This document shows positions 51,525 through 64,000 of a DNA stretch of 64,000 bases, piece by piece. This DNA is from Gammaproteobacteria bacterium (GTDB lineage: Bacteria; Pseudomonadota; Gammaproteobacteria; CAJXQU01): assembly GCA_965238175.1 (NCBI GenBank), contig CBDEGZ010000003.1, positions 2,592,001 through 2,656,000 on the forward strand. Direction: 5' to 3'. The number at the start of each line of letters is the position of its first letter. The first letter of the stretch is position 1. A model generated the notes under the pieces. That model had not been told where the DNA came from. It saw only the letters and a list, made by a program, of their open reading frames with translations, and ran no database searches. The position numbers were made by a program, and so were the translations under genes.

Positions 51525-52490
51525 ATGGCGACGTCAGTTCAAGAGATGAATCCACAATATGATGATTATGTAAACGAAGCTTCATCGGAGAGGATAAAGA
51601 ATTACTACGCTCCTATGAACGAGTTGCAAAAAATGCAACAAGAAACACTGCTCGTAGCTAGCGTATTACAGACATCGTTAGATCTTAATAAACTTATCGA
51701 AATTTTTGCCGAAAGATTAGCCGATTTTGTTGAGCATGACAGCCTACTCTACATTAATAGAGACGAAGAAAAAGAGTTTTTAATAGGTAAACCGTCCAAT
51801 CAAACATGTAGTTATCAGATCACTTTGCTTGAAAAACCGTTAGGTGAAATCACTATTTCAAGAGCAAAAGCATTTGATGAAAATGAAACCCATTGGTTTG
51901 AAGGCCTACTTTGTGCACTTGTTCATCCGCTCCACAATGCAATCCTTTATCACCAAGCGATTCAAACAGGTTATGAAGATCCCGTCACTGGCGTAAACAA
52001 TCGTACTGCAATGAATGCAACGCTTGAGCGCGAAGTCGAACTTGCGCATCGTAATGGCGCAGCACTGTCCGTCATTATGATTGACATCGATCATTTCAAA
52101 CAAATTAATGACAAATACGGCCACTTGGCGGGTGATGCTGTCCTCAAAGGCGTTGGCACTTGCCTTAAAGAATGTGTCCGTCGAAGTGATATTGTTTTTA
52201 GGTATGGTGGTGAAGAATTTGTTGCAATACTCAATACAACCGACTTAGCTGGTGCAAAACTGCTTGCAAATCGTATACGTGTAGCCATCGAAAAACACAA
52301 TTTTGAACACGATGGACTGAATGTCAAAATCACAGTAAGCGCCGGCGTATCAATCCTGGAGCATAACTTTGAGGCCAAAGATCTACTAAACGCTGCTGAT
52401 CAAGCACTTTATCAAGCCAAAGACGAAGGTCGAAATCGTGTTGTTGTTTATAATTCAGAAGGTAAAGATCAAACTGTTGGCAATATGTGA
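51525..52490 (+). CDS. Diguanylate cyclase (GGEEF)
   Basis: DIDHFKQIND, GD-x-VL, RRSD I-site, RYGGEEF. Start chosen downstream of the sigma-54 site. Confidence 0.9.
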   Translation: MATSVQEMNPQYDDYVNEASSERIKNYYAPMNELQKMQQETLLVASVLQTSLDLNKLIEIFAERLADFVEHDSLLYINRDEEKEFLIGKPSNQTCSYQITLLEKPLGEITISRAKAFDENETHWFEGLLCALVHPLHNAILYHQAIQTGYEDPVTGVNNRTAMNATLEREVELAHRNGAALSVIMIDIDHFKQINDKYGHLAGDAVLKGVGTCLKECVRRSDIVFRYGGEEFVAILNTTDLAGAKLLANRIRVAIEKHNFEHDGLNVKITVSAGVSILEHNFEAKDLLNAADQALYQAKDEGRNRVVVYNSEGKDQTVGNM

Positions 52491-52560
52491 CTTTATTTGT
52501 AGAAATTCAGATTTGATCTGACAGTTACCCAATTATCAGTAACCGACTGTCAGGTTAAGT

Positions 52561-53595
52561 TTAATTCACAAACTTTTCCTTCCAGATAGCTTGTCCGTCG
52601 ATGAGTGTTTCCATCGGCGTCCTCCCGCAGCACATTTTGCCTTGGTGAGTTCGTTGAGTATTGTATTTGAGCAACCATTCGTCAAGGTCGAGTTGCAGTT
52701 CATCAATCGATTGGTAAATTTTCTTACGCAAAGCGACTTGATAAAACTCATTGAGGATCGTCTTATGGAATCGCTCACAAATACCATTCGTCTGAGGTGA
52801 TTTGACCTTGGTTTTGGTGTGTTCGATATTGTTCAACGCCATATAAAGCTGATAATCATGCTGGTCAGCTCGCCCACAATACTCCGTCCCTCTATCTGTC
52901 AAAATGCGCAACATAGGCAAACGTTGTTGTTCGTAGAATGGGAGGACGCGGTCATTGAGCATGTCAGCTGCCGTAATCGGTGTTTTAGTCGGGTACAGTT
53001 TCGCGTGAGCGACCTTGCTGTAAGTATCAACAAACGTTTGTTGATAAACCCGACCAATGCCTTTGAAAGTACCGACATAGTAAGTATCTTGCGAGCCAAG
53101 ATAACCAGGGTGTGCCGTCTCTATCTCGCCACAAGCCTCATCGTCGTCTTTCTTGCGTTCCATCGCCGCGACTTGAGACTCAGTGAGGATCAAGCCTTCA
53201 CCAGCTACCTTATCAGACAATGCCTTCAGGCGATCTTTAAAGCAAGCAAGACCATGACGAAGCCAGATACAACGAACGCCACTGGGTGAGACAAATGTTC
53301 CCCGTTTGCGCAGCTCGTTACTGGTGCGCGTTTGACCATGTGCGGGCTCTTCCAGTGCATACTCGAGCACAACGGTTTCAATAGCCGGGTCGATTCTGTT
53401 TTTAAGATTTGGGGTACGCCGATTACGATCAAACAAGGCTTCTACACCGCCTTCATCAGCCGCTTCTTTGTAGCGATAAAATGTATCTCTGGACAAACCC
53501 ATCATCTTGCAGGCTTTTGAGACATTGCCGAGTTCTTCAGCGAGATTGAGTAGACCAACTTTATGTTTTATAACTTTGTCATTAGTATGAATCAT
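52561..53595 (-). CDS. IS481-family transposase
   Basis: N-terminal HTH (NVSKACK...SRDTFYRY); rve DDE core (QDT, TDRGTEY, NGICER). Confidence 0.95.
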   Translation of the reverse strand: MIHTNDKVIKHKVGLLNLAEELGNVSKACKMMGLSRDTFYRYKEAADEGGVEALFDRNRRTPNLKNRIDPAIETVVLEYALEEPAHGQTRTSNELRKRGTFVSPSGVRCIWLRHGLACFKDRLKALSDKVAGEGLILTESQVAAMERKKDDDEACGEIETAHPGYLGSQDTYYVGTFKGIGRVYQQTFVDTYSKVAHAKLYPTKTPITAADMLNDRVLPFYEQQRLPMLRILTDRGTEYCGRADQHDYQLYMALNNIEHTKTKVKSPQTNGICERFHKTILNEFYQVALRKKIYQSIDELQLDLDEWLLKYNTQRTHQGKMCCGRTPMETLIDGQAIWKEKFVN

Positions 53596-53654
53596 GAGAG
53601 TTACCTCTTTGTGTTTTGATGTTTACGTTGCAGTTACATCAAAGCGGGTAACTC

Positions 53655-53695
53655 TCACTAAATCAAGCGTCGCTACGCTCCGCTTGATTTAGTGA
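53655..53695. repeat. Perfect 15-bp inverted repeat inside the IS, upstream of the transposase
   Basis: TCACTAAATCAAGCG-N11-CGCTTGATTTAGTGA. Confidence 0.85.
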
Positions 53696-53793
53696 TGTGT
53701 CAGATTGGGTCTAAACTTCTACACTTTATTGATCTGGGCTACACTTGATACATCAACTTGGATAGCTTGTTCTCGAGTCTTTTAGTTTGTCTT

Positions 53794-56728
<2,935 letters not shown>

Positions 56729-56751
56729 AAAGAACCTCTACCTTACCCTAC

Positions 56752-59700
56752 CTACCCTGTCGCAACCATATCCACTGCTTCATCCATATCAACAGATACA
56801 AGTCTCGAAACACCGGCCTCCTGCATAGTCACACCGACCAATTGTTTTGCTATTTCCATGGTTATCTTGTTATGTGTGATAAAAATAAACTGTACCTGAT
56901 TCGACATCTCTTGCAACATATCGCACAAACGCACCACATTCGCATCATCAAGTGGTGCATCAACTTCATCAAGCAGACAAAAAGGTGCTGGATTCAACTG
57001 AAAAATTGAAAATACCAACGAGACAGCCGTCAGCGCTTTCTCACCACCCGAGAGTAAATGAATAGAACTATTACGTTTACCCGGTGGTTGCGCAATAACA
57101 GCGATACCCGTTTCCAGCAGATCGTCACCGGTCAATTCCAAATAAGCCCTACCACCACCAAACAAACGTGGAAACATTGCCTGAAATCCTTCATTGACCT
57201 GATCATAAATTTCTTTAAATCGACCACGAGTTTCCTTATCGATCTTTCTGATCGCACTTTCTAATGTATCTAACGCTTCGATCAAATCTTCATCTTGTTT
57301 ATCAAGAAAGACTTTTCTTTCCGACAATTCCTGACACTCATCAATCGCCGCTAAATTGATCGGGCCAAGCCGTGTAATCTTACGTTCTAAGGATTCAACT
57401 CTCTCCTGCCAAGCAGAATTTACCGCATTTTCAGACATCGCTTCGAGTAATGGTTCCGGTTCAAAACCAGCGGCTTTAAGTTGCTCAACCAAACCTTGCA
57501 ATCGAACACTCACAGCCTGGGCTTCCATTCGATTTTGCTCTAGTTTTTCTCGTGCCACTTGCAAAGCCTGTTCATTTTGTTGGCGTTTTTGATCAGCTTG
57601 TTTGAGTTTTTGTTCTACGCTTTGTAATGTATCACGCGCAGAGGCCAACTCACCTTCAACCGTTAGTCGCTTCCCTAACGCCGTTTCTAAGGTTTGTTGA
57701 ATGTCGAGCACTGGCGCCTGACCTTTATCCAATTCTGCCGAAAGTTCTTCGAGACGTTTAGTCGATTGCTCTAATTGCATTTGATGTCGTTGCATTGATT
57801 GCTCAAGCGCGTTTTTGCGTGAACGTAACGATTCGCTACGCAAGGCTAATTCATGACTGGTATCACGGGTTTTTCGCCATTCTTCTCTTAATGCTGCAAC
57901 GCTACCAGTATGCTCTCGCCGTTGGCTACTGAGCAGTTCTTCCTGCTGCTTTAGTTCCTTCGCGACCAACTCCAACCCTGACACCTTTTGCCTTGTCAGT
58001 TCCAGATCCTGATTCTCGGTTTCACTTATCTTTTGTAATTCCGCCAGTTCTTTATCAATTTGAGTTAGCCTTGAGCGAGCTTGCTCAAAACGTGCTTGAC
58101 CAGCCGCCAGATCAGAACTAAAAGTTGATCTTTGACGTTGTACCTCACCCAGCTTTTGGATTTGATCAGTGATTTCTGTTTCAAGCGCAGAACGTCGTGT
58201 TGTGCTTTCTTCCAGAACCTCTTGCAATTGCTGTATTCCCTTTTCTATCGTTGTGGATTTTTGCTGCAATTCGCGGATTTCCCTTTCACGTTCAATAACA
58301 CCCGCCTCTTCTTTTTGCTGCCGTTTTAATCGTAACCAGGAAGGTCCAATTCGATCCCCTCCTTTGGTGACTATCGACTCATGTGTCGCAAGATTTGTTC
58401 GCAAGTCCATTGCTTCTGCTATAGAATCAGCTACATAAATGCTTGGCATCAGCGTCTCTAACGGTAAATTTGAAGACACCTTATCTAACAAACTACCAGC
58501 GATATTTGATGTTCCAACAATTTTCGCAGCGGTTGGTTTTTGTTCTATCCCACCAATAATTCCCTCAGATAAGCTATCGACTTGCAAACCAAATTGTCCA
58601 AGATCATCAACACATATTGCATCCAGATGTTCTGCAAGCACCACTTCGAGTGCAACCTCCCAACCTGATTCAACCGAAATCTCCTGGGCTAATTTAGAAT
58701 GCTTAGATAAACCCTGTTGTTGGAGCAGATCATTTACTTGTCGCTGATCCTGTCCCAGGGCTGACTGTTGTAAGGCTTCTAGTGAAGCCAAGCGTCCGTT
58801 TACAGATTGAGATTCATGCCGCAATCCATCCAACTTCGATGAAGAAGCCTGGACTTTTTCACGAGCTGCTTCGATCTGTTCTTGTAAATTCACTCTTCTT
58901 GATTCGAGGTTAGTACAAAGTGTATCGGACTTGTTAAGACTGGCTTCTAAACCTTCAAGATTCAACCCTAGTTTTTCCGGTACAATTCCATTTCGTTCCG
59001 AATTCAGCCGTTCAATCCACTGTTCGGTACTCGTAATCGTTCTCTGCAGATGATTTATCTTGCTGGTTTCGGTTTGTTCATTTCGAACATGCTCAGAATA
59101 GCGTTGTTGAAAAGCATCCCACTCTTTCTGACGATCTTGAGTCATCTTTTCAGACTCTTCCAACTTTTTACTGGCAATCTTTTCAAGTTCGATTAATTTA
59201 GCACGCTCTGATTCAATTTTAACCAATTCATTTTTAGTTTGTTCCAGTTGTTGCTGATCATTTACATTTTGATCCTGGATTTCCGTCAATTCAGTTTTTA
59301 CTCGTACTGAATCACGTTCGATATTTTGACGTCTCTCAGTCGCATGTTGAATGGCTTGTTCAAGACCCGTAATTTCTGCCCCCAAACCATAAAACTGTCC
59401 TTGAATTTCATTAAATTGATCATTCGCAGATACCCGAGACTGATTATCTTTTTCGATCTCTGCTTCAATGGTTCTAACGTCGGCAATTGCGGCTTCTACA
59501 TTTGTTTCCTGCTGAGCAATCATTTTATTATGCTCAACTTCCTGTTCATGCAGATCTCTCCATGACAAAGCTGTCAACTCTGCCTTCACTTGTCGCTCTT
59601 CTGCTTTTAAACCTTTATAGCGCTCCGCCGCTTTAGCCTGTTGCTCAAGTCGACTCAATTGTTTTCCCAACTCTTGACGAATATCTGTGAGACGTTCCAG

Positions 59701-60270
59701 GTTCTCTTTCGTATGACGAATACGGTTCTCTGTTTCACGCCGACGTTCTTTGTATTTTGAAATTCCAGCAGCTTCTTCGAGAAAGACACGTAATTCTTCA
59801 GGTTTCGATTCGATTACACGTGAGATCATCCCCTGTTCGATCACAGAATAACTTCGTGGCCCAATTCCAGTTCCAAGAAAAAGATTCGTTATATCTTTGC
59901 GGCGACATCGACTGCCATTCAGGAAATAAATAGAAACACCGTCACGACCTAATTGACGTTTGATCGAAATCTCATTGTAGCCCGCATATTCGCCTGCAAT
60001 CTTTCCGTCCGAATTATCGAAAATGATTTCAACTGTAGCTTGACCAACCGGTTTCCGTGCATTTGATCCACTAAAGATGACATCTGACATGGCATCGCCA
60101 CGCAGATGTTTTGCTGAACTTTCTCCCAAAACCCAAAGTACGGCATCAATGACATTTGACTTACCACAGCCATTTGGACCAACAACACCGGTCAGTTCGT
60201 GAGGTAAATTCAGAGTTGTAGGATCTACGAAAGATTTAAAACCAGCGAGCTTGATTTTGCTTATTCTCAT
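56752..60270 (-). CDS. smc: Chromosome segregation protein SMC
   Basis: GFKSF, GPNGCGKSN, coiled coils, LSGGEKAL and LDEVDAPLD motifs. Confidence 0.97.
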   Translation of the reverse strand: MRISKIKLAGFKSFVDPTTLNLPHELTGVVGPNGCGKSNVIDAVLWVLGESSAKHLRGDAMSDVIFSGSNARKPVGQATVEIIFDNSDGKIAGEYAGYNEISIKRQLGRDGVSIYFLNGSRCRRKDITNLFLGTGIGPRSYSVIEQGMISRVIESKPEELRVFLEEAAGISKYKERRRETENRIRHTKENLERLTDIRQELGKQLSRLEQQAKAAERYKGLKAEERQVKAELTALSWRDLHEQEVEHNKMIAQQETNVEAAIADVRTIEAEIEKDNQSRVSANDQFNEIQGQFYGLGAEITGLEQAIQHATERRQNIERDSVRVKTELTEIQDQNVNDQQQLEQTKNELVKIESERAKLIELEKIASKKLEESEKMTQDRQKEWDAFQQRYSEHVRNEQTETSKINHLQRTITSTEQWIERLNSERNGIVPEKLGLNLEGLEASLNKSDTLCTNLESRRVNLQEQIEAAREKVQASSSKLDGLRHESQSVNGRLASLEALQQSALGQDQRQVNDLLQQQGLSKHSKLAQEISVESGWEVALEVVLAEHLDAICVDDLGQFGLQVDSLSEGIIGGIEQKPTAAKIVGTSNIAGSLLDKVSSNLPLETLMPSIYVADSIAEAMDLRTNLATHESIVTKGGDRIGPSWLRLKRQQKEEAGVIEREREIRELQQKSTTIEKGIQQLQEVLEESTTRRSALETEITDQIQKLGEVQRQRSTFSSDLAAGQARFEQARSRLTQIDKELAELQKISETENQDLELTRQKVSGLELVAKELKQQEELLSSQRREHTGSVAALREEWRKTRDTSHELALRSESLRSRKNALEQSMQRHQMQLEQSTKRLEELSAELDKGQAPVLDIQQTLETALGKRLTVEGELASARDTLQSVEQKLKQADQKRQQNEQALQVAREKLEQNRMEAQAVSVRLQGLVEQLKAAGFEPEPLLEAMSENAVNSAWQERVESLERKITRLGPINLAAIDECQELSERKVFLDKQDEDLIEALDTLESAIRKIDKETRGRFKEIYDQVNEGFQAMFPRLFGGGRAYLELTGDDLLETGIAVIAQPPGKRNSSIHLLSGGEKALTAVSLVFSIFQLNPAPFCLLDEVDAPLDDANVVRLCDMLQEMSNQVQFIFITHNKITMEIAKQLVGVTMQEAGVSRLVSVDMDEAVDMVATG

Positions 60271-60470
60271 GCCCGCTAAGATACATGAAAAATCCGATTA
60301 TTCAAAACAATTTCCCAAATATTTTACCACTTGAAAAAACACACTATCTCATTGATTTTAATGTACTATTTTATGTGTCAAATTTGCGTCGCCACAGCCT
60401 TTAAACTATCTCTAGAGTCACGGATTGTGGTAGTATGTACAGCCTTTTTTCAAACTAATTTATAAAGAAT

Positions 60471-60857
60471 ATGACCCAACCTAGTGAAGATCTGGAACTT
60501 TTTGACAATCCAAATCCAGAGAAAGATTACACCATCCACATTCACATGCCTGAATTCACCTGTTTGTGTCCAAAAACGGGGCAGCCGGATTTTGCAACAT
60601 TGGACTTAGCCTATGTACCAGATCAACATTGTATTGAGCTAAAAGCACTAAAACTCTATATTGTTACCTTCCGCGACATGGGTGCATTTCACGAAGCAAT
60701 AACGAATAAGATCACCAATGATCTGGTCAATGCATGTCAACCTCGTTATTTGAGGCTGACAGCCGATTTCAATGTTCGTGGTGGTATTTATACGAAAGTA
60801 GTTTCCGACTACCGTCAACCAGGTTGGGTAGCACCCGAACTGGTTTCTTTACCATGA
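60471..60857 (+). CDS. queF: preQ1 synthase (NADPH-dependent 7-cyano-7-deazaguanine reductase), short type
   Basis: [27 protein letters not shown] and RGGI motifs. Confidence 0.95.
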   Translation: MTQPSEDLELFDNPNPEKDYTIHIHMPEFTCLCPKTGQPDFATLDLAYVPDQHCIELKALKLYIVTFRDMGAFHEAITNKITNDLVNACQPRYLRLTADFNVRGGIYTKVVSDYRQPGWVAPELVSLP

Positions 60858-60926
60858 ATGTTTGATCAAAAATAATCTGATCAATTACTTTATTGTTCGA
60901 TATAAACCTTCTTAAGACCAAATCAC

Positions 60927-61661
60927 ATGAGTAACTCTTTTTTTAGTGGCGCAAAATATGCCCTTTCAGGTTTCAAGCTAATATCCAAGCCTCGGATACG
61001 CAAATACGTTGCGATTCCATTTTTGATCAACCTTATTTTGTTCTCGATCGCATTATGGTTTGGCGCAAATTGGATAAACTCTCTGATTGAGAGTTGGCTA
61101 CCAGGCTGGTTAGTGTGGCTGGAATACTTGATCTGGCCGATCTTGGCTTTCCTAGCTCTTGCTGTTATTTTTTCGACTTTCACTCTCATTGCAAACCTTT
61201 TTGGCGCACCGTTTAACAGTATGCTTGCCCAAGCCGTAGAAACTCGTTTGTCAGGTGAGGAATTTATCAACAACCCAAAATTATCGAGTATTACGAAAAA
61301 TGTCTTTGTGTCGATAAAAGCAGAAATTGGAAAACTAATCTTTTTTGCTCTACGCGCTATCCCTCTGCTGATCATATCGATTATTCCTGGCATCAATATT
61401 GCTGCGCCTTTCCTATGGTTTTTGTTTGCAGCGTGGATGTTAGTTCACGAATATATGGATTATCCAATGGGAAATAACGGCTACTTATTCCAACAGCAAA
61501 GACCCATCTTACGACAAAAACGTTTTACTATATTAGGTTTTGGTGCAATGGTGACGTTTATGACGTTGATACCAATCGTTAACTTTTTTGCTATGCCTGT
61601 TGCTGTCGCTGGGGCAACAAACATGTGGTATCAAGAGTTTAAACAACTCTCTATGACTTAA
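60927..61661 (+). CDS. cysZ: Sulfate transporter CysZ (EI24 family)
   Basis: IANL-x-x-APFN-x-x-LA, AWM...Y-x-DYP and MPVAVAGAT motifs. Confidence 0.9.
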   Translation: MSNSFFSGAKYALSGFKLISKPRIRKYVAIPFLINLILFSIALWFGANWINSLIESWLPGWLVWLEYLIWPILAFLALAVIFSTFTLIANLFGAPFNSMLAQAVETRLSGEEFINNPKLSSITKNVFVSIKAEIGKLIFFALRAIPLLIISIIPGINIAAPFLWFLFAAWMLVHEYMDYPMGNNGYLFQQQRPILRQKRFTILGFGAMVTFMTLIPIVNFFAMPVAVAGATNMWYQEFKQLSMT

Positions 61662-61688
61662 ATATTATTTAACCCTGAGTTAATCTCA

Positions 61689-61724
61689 TTGCACTAATGA
61701 GTATATTCTGGTAAAAATGCGCGC
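61689..61724 (+). promoter_or_regulatory. Possible sigma-70 promoter of dksA with GC-rich discriminator
   Basis: TTGCAC-N17-TAAAAA(T)-GCGCGC; AGGAGA RBS downstream. Confidence 0.35.
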
Positions 61725-61750
61725 TTCATTCCGTTTAGGAGATTTTTTTG

Positions 61751-62275
61751 GTGGCCGTTTCGAAAAAAAAGGTTAGTAAGAAAAAAACCGCGAGTAAGAA
61801 AACTTTGACTAAAAAACAAGTAACTAGTAAACAAGAAACTACTGTAAAAAAAGCAAGAGATTTAACCAGTTTCGATAATTTCAAACCCTACAAAGCTAAA
61901 AAGGGTGAGGAATACATGAACACGTCACAATCAGAACATTTCAGGACTATCCTCCTTACGTGGCTAAAAGATCTGCAAGAAGAAGTTGATCGTACTGTCG
62001 ATCATATGCAATCAGATGCCTCCAATTTTTCTGACCCGAATGATCGTGCAACTCAAGAAGAAGAGTTTGCACTTGAGCTTCGAACGCGTGATCGAGAACG
62101 CAAGTTAACTAAAAAAATTCGTAACTCCCTCGCTGGTCTTGATAGTGGCGACTACGGATTTTGCGAAGTCTGCGGCATAGAAATCGGTATTCAAAGACTG
62201 GAAGCACGCCCAACAGCTGACTTATGTATCGATTGTAAGACTCTCGATGAAATCAAAGAAAAACAGATGAGCTAA
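61751..62275 (+). CDS. dksA: RNA polymerase-binding protein DksA
   Basis: DPNDRATQEEE, C4 zinc finger (CEVC...CIDC); GTG start after AGGAGA. Confidence 0.95.
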   Translation: MAVSKKKVSKKKTASKKTLTKKQVTSKQETTVKKARDLTSFDNFKPYKAKKGEEYMNTSQSEHFRTILLTWLKDLQEEVDRTVDHMQSDASNFSDPNDRATQEEEFALELRTRDRERKLTKKIRNSLAGLDSGDYGFCEVCGIEIGIQRLEARPTADLCIDCKTLDEIKEKQMS

Positions 62276-62276
62276 T

Positions 62277-63158
62277 GTGGCTCGGATCAGAGGTCGTTTT
62301 GCCCCAACGCCTTCCGGTTCTTTACATTTTGGCTCATTAATTGCCGCTATTGCCAGCTACCTCAATACCAAATCTCGCGGTGGGCAATGGCTAATTAGAA
62401 TTGATGATCTTGATTCTGCTCGTAACGTTCGCGGCGCCAGTGAAAATATCCTGAAAACACTGGAAAACTTTGGTCTGTTTTGGGATGAAAAGATTCTTTA
62501 CCAAAGTGTTCAAATCGATGCTTATAATGATGCTATTGATCAATTATCCAGTAAAAATTTGATCTATCCATGCATATGTACTCGAAAGCAGATCGGTCAT
62601 AATGCCTACACAGGCACTTGTCGAAATAGAATTTATTCTAGAAAGTTAACCTCTTCACTCCGTATTGTTACTGAAAATAAAACTCTGGAATTTCAAGATA
62701 TTAAACAAGGTACTTTCAAACAAAATATCGAAAAAGAAGTAGGTGATTTCATTGTAAAACGTTCAGATGGATATATTGCATATCATTTAGCCAACGTCGT
62801 TGATGATCAAATTCAAGGAATAACGGAGGTGGTTCGCGGGGCAGATCTGCTTGACTCAACGCCGAGACAAATTTACCTACAAAAAAAGCTTGGTTATTCA
62901 CAACCTGAGTATTTACACCTACCGGTTGCGCTAGATCAAAAAGGTCAAAAACTGAGTAAATCTCATGGCTCTTTAACTATCAATAATACAAATGATCTGC
63001 AAAACTCTGGTAAATTGATTTGTGATGTACTCAGCTTCCTTGGCCAAACACCACCAGAATCTCTCAGTAAAGAAAACGCTCAGGCATGCCTTGAATGGGG
63101 AGTTTCTAACTGGAATATACTGGCGATCCCTGAACAGATTTCAAAGCCGTACAACTGA
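62277..63158 (+). CDS. gluQ: tRNA glutamyl-Q(34) synthetase
   Basis: RFAPTPSG-x-LHFGS, CICTR, RGADL and KLSKS motifs; no anticodon domain; follows dksA. Confidence 0.93.
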   Translation: MARIRGRFAPTPSGSLHFGSLIAAIASYLNTKSRGGQWLIRIDDLDSARNVRGASENILKTLENFGLFWDEKILYQSVQIDAYNDAIDQLSSKNLIYPCICTRKQIGHNAYTGTCRNRIYSRKLTSSLRIVTENKTLEFQDIKQGTFKQNIEKEVGDFIVKRSDGYIAYHLANVVDDQIQGITEVVRGADLLDSTPRQIYLQKKLGYSQPEYLHLPVALDQKGQKLSKSHGSLTINNTNDLQNSGKLICDVLSFLGQTPPESLSKENAQACLEWGVSNWNILAIPEQISKPYN

Positions 63159-63174
63159 CGTTTTCTAGCCCATT

Positions 63175-63202
63175 AAAAAAGGGACTTAATAGCCCCTTTT
63201 TT
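63175..63202. terminator. Bidirectional intrinsic terminator between gluQ and pnp
   Basis: AAAAAAGGG-ACTTAATAGC-CCCTTTTTT between convergent genes. Confidence 0.7.
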
Positions 63203-63219
63203 ATGCTTTATAAGAAAGT

Positions 63220-64000
63220 CTACGACTCTGCATCAACCTCTTTCATGCTAAGTCTTATACGCCCTTGTTTATCAACTTCGAGAACCTTAACTCGAACCGT
63301 CTCACCTTCAGAAAGCTTATCACTTACCGTTTCTACACGTTCTTCGGAAATCTGAGAGATATGAACCAGGCCATCTTTACCTGGAAGAATATTGACGAAT
63401 GCACCAAAGTCCATAATCTTAGCAACTTTACCTTCATACACGGCCCCAACTTCAACTTCAGCTGTAATTCTTTCTACCCACTTCAATGCTTCCTGTCCGG
63501 CAGCATTATCAACAGAAGCAATTTTAACCGTACCGTCATCATCAAGGTCGATAGAGGCACCTGTTTCTTCAGTGATCTGGCGGATAGTTGCACCGCCCTT
63601 ACCAATGACATCGCGGATCTTGTCCGGATTAATCTTGATAGTCAGGATTCTTGGAGCATGCTCCGACATCTCAGTCCGCGTTTCATCAATCACTTTGGCC
63701 ATTTCACCCAAAATATGCAATCGACCCGCTTTAGCCTGCTCTAGGGCGGCTTCCATAATCTCTTTTGTGATGCCATCAATTTTGATATCCATTTGCAAAG
63801 CATTAATACCATTTTCAGTACCAGCTACTTTGAAATCCATATCACCTAAATGATCTTCATCACCTAAAATATCCGAAAGAACAACAAAATTGTCTCCTTC
63901 TTTAACCAAGCCCATTGCGATACCAGCTACCGGTGCTTTAATCGGTACACCTGCATCCATTAATGACAAGCTTGTTCCGCAGACTGATGCCATCGAGCTT
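63220..64000 (-). CDS. pnp: Polyribonucleotide nucleotidyltransferase, 5'-truncated by the window edge
   Basis: [23 protein letters not shown] domain (VIGKGG) and S1 domain (FGAFV...VHISQI). Confidence 0.97.
   Translation of the reverse strand, partial: SSMASVCGTSLSLMDAGVPIKAPVAGIAMGLVKEGDNFVVLSDILGDEDHLGDMDFKVAGTENGINALQMDIKIDGITKEIMEAALEQAKAGRLHILGEMAKVIDETRTEMSEHAPRILTIKINPDKIRDVIGKGGATIRQITEETGASIDLDDDGTVKIASVDNAAGQEALKWVERITAEVEVGAVYEGKVAKIMDFGAFVNILPGKDGLVHISQISEERVETVSDKLSEGETVRVKVLEVDKQGRIRLSMKEVDAES

Larger units (their letters stand above)
52498..53723 (-). mobile_element. IS481-family insertion sequence, 1226 bp
   Basis: TGT...ACA ends; 26-bp imperfect IRs at 52498-52523 and 53698-53723 (20/26 match); flanking 7-bp direct repeat CTTTATT at 52491-52497 and 53724-53730. 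Confidence 0.93.

Noticed and set aside
52819-53289. 156-aa antisense ORF in the IS, and similar antisense ORFs over pyrD, cysZ and pnp
   Set aside because: Shadow ORFs of well-supported genes, with no recognisable motifs.
60271-60470. preQ1 riboswitch upstream of queF
   Set aside because: No recognisable preQ1-I stem with an A-rich tail.

Overview
AT-rich gammaproteobacterial chromosome segment. It is probably from a methylotroph or methanotroph-like organism, since it begins in the H4MPT formyltransferase/hydrolase operon fhcA-fhcD-fhcC. Core loci: type IV minor pilins (fimT-pilVWX-pilY1-pilE), cysI/DUF934, an exosortase/PrsT/PEP-CTERM module, rpoE-rseA-rseB-degP opposite nadB, smc-zipA-ligA, queF, cysZ, dksA-gluQ and the 3' part of pnp. 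There is one complete IS481-family element with a 7-bp target duplication, and a ~2.7-kb islet bounded by a duplicated, decayed 3' end of fhcC. I saw no rRNA, tRNA or CRISPR array. The most intriguing content is a signal-peptide-bearing dikinase with glucan-water-dikinase-like domain order, two exported class A beta-lactamase-fold serine enzymes (one with a LysM/OapA-like domain) and an NTT-family nucleotide translocase. Together they may form an ATP-fuelled envelope phosphorylation system (inference only). A PilZ/degenerate GGDEF-EAL protein translationally coupled to a cNMP-binding Ser/Thr kinase is a second candidate. All family calls come from motif recognition by eye, with no database searches.
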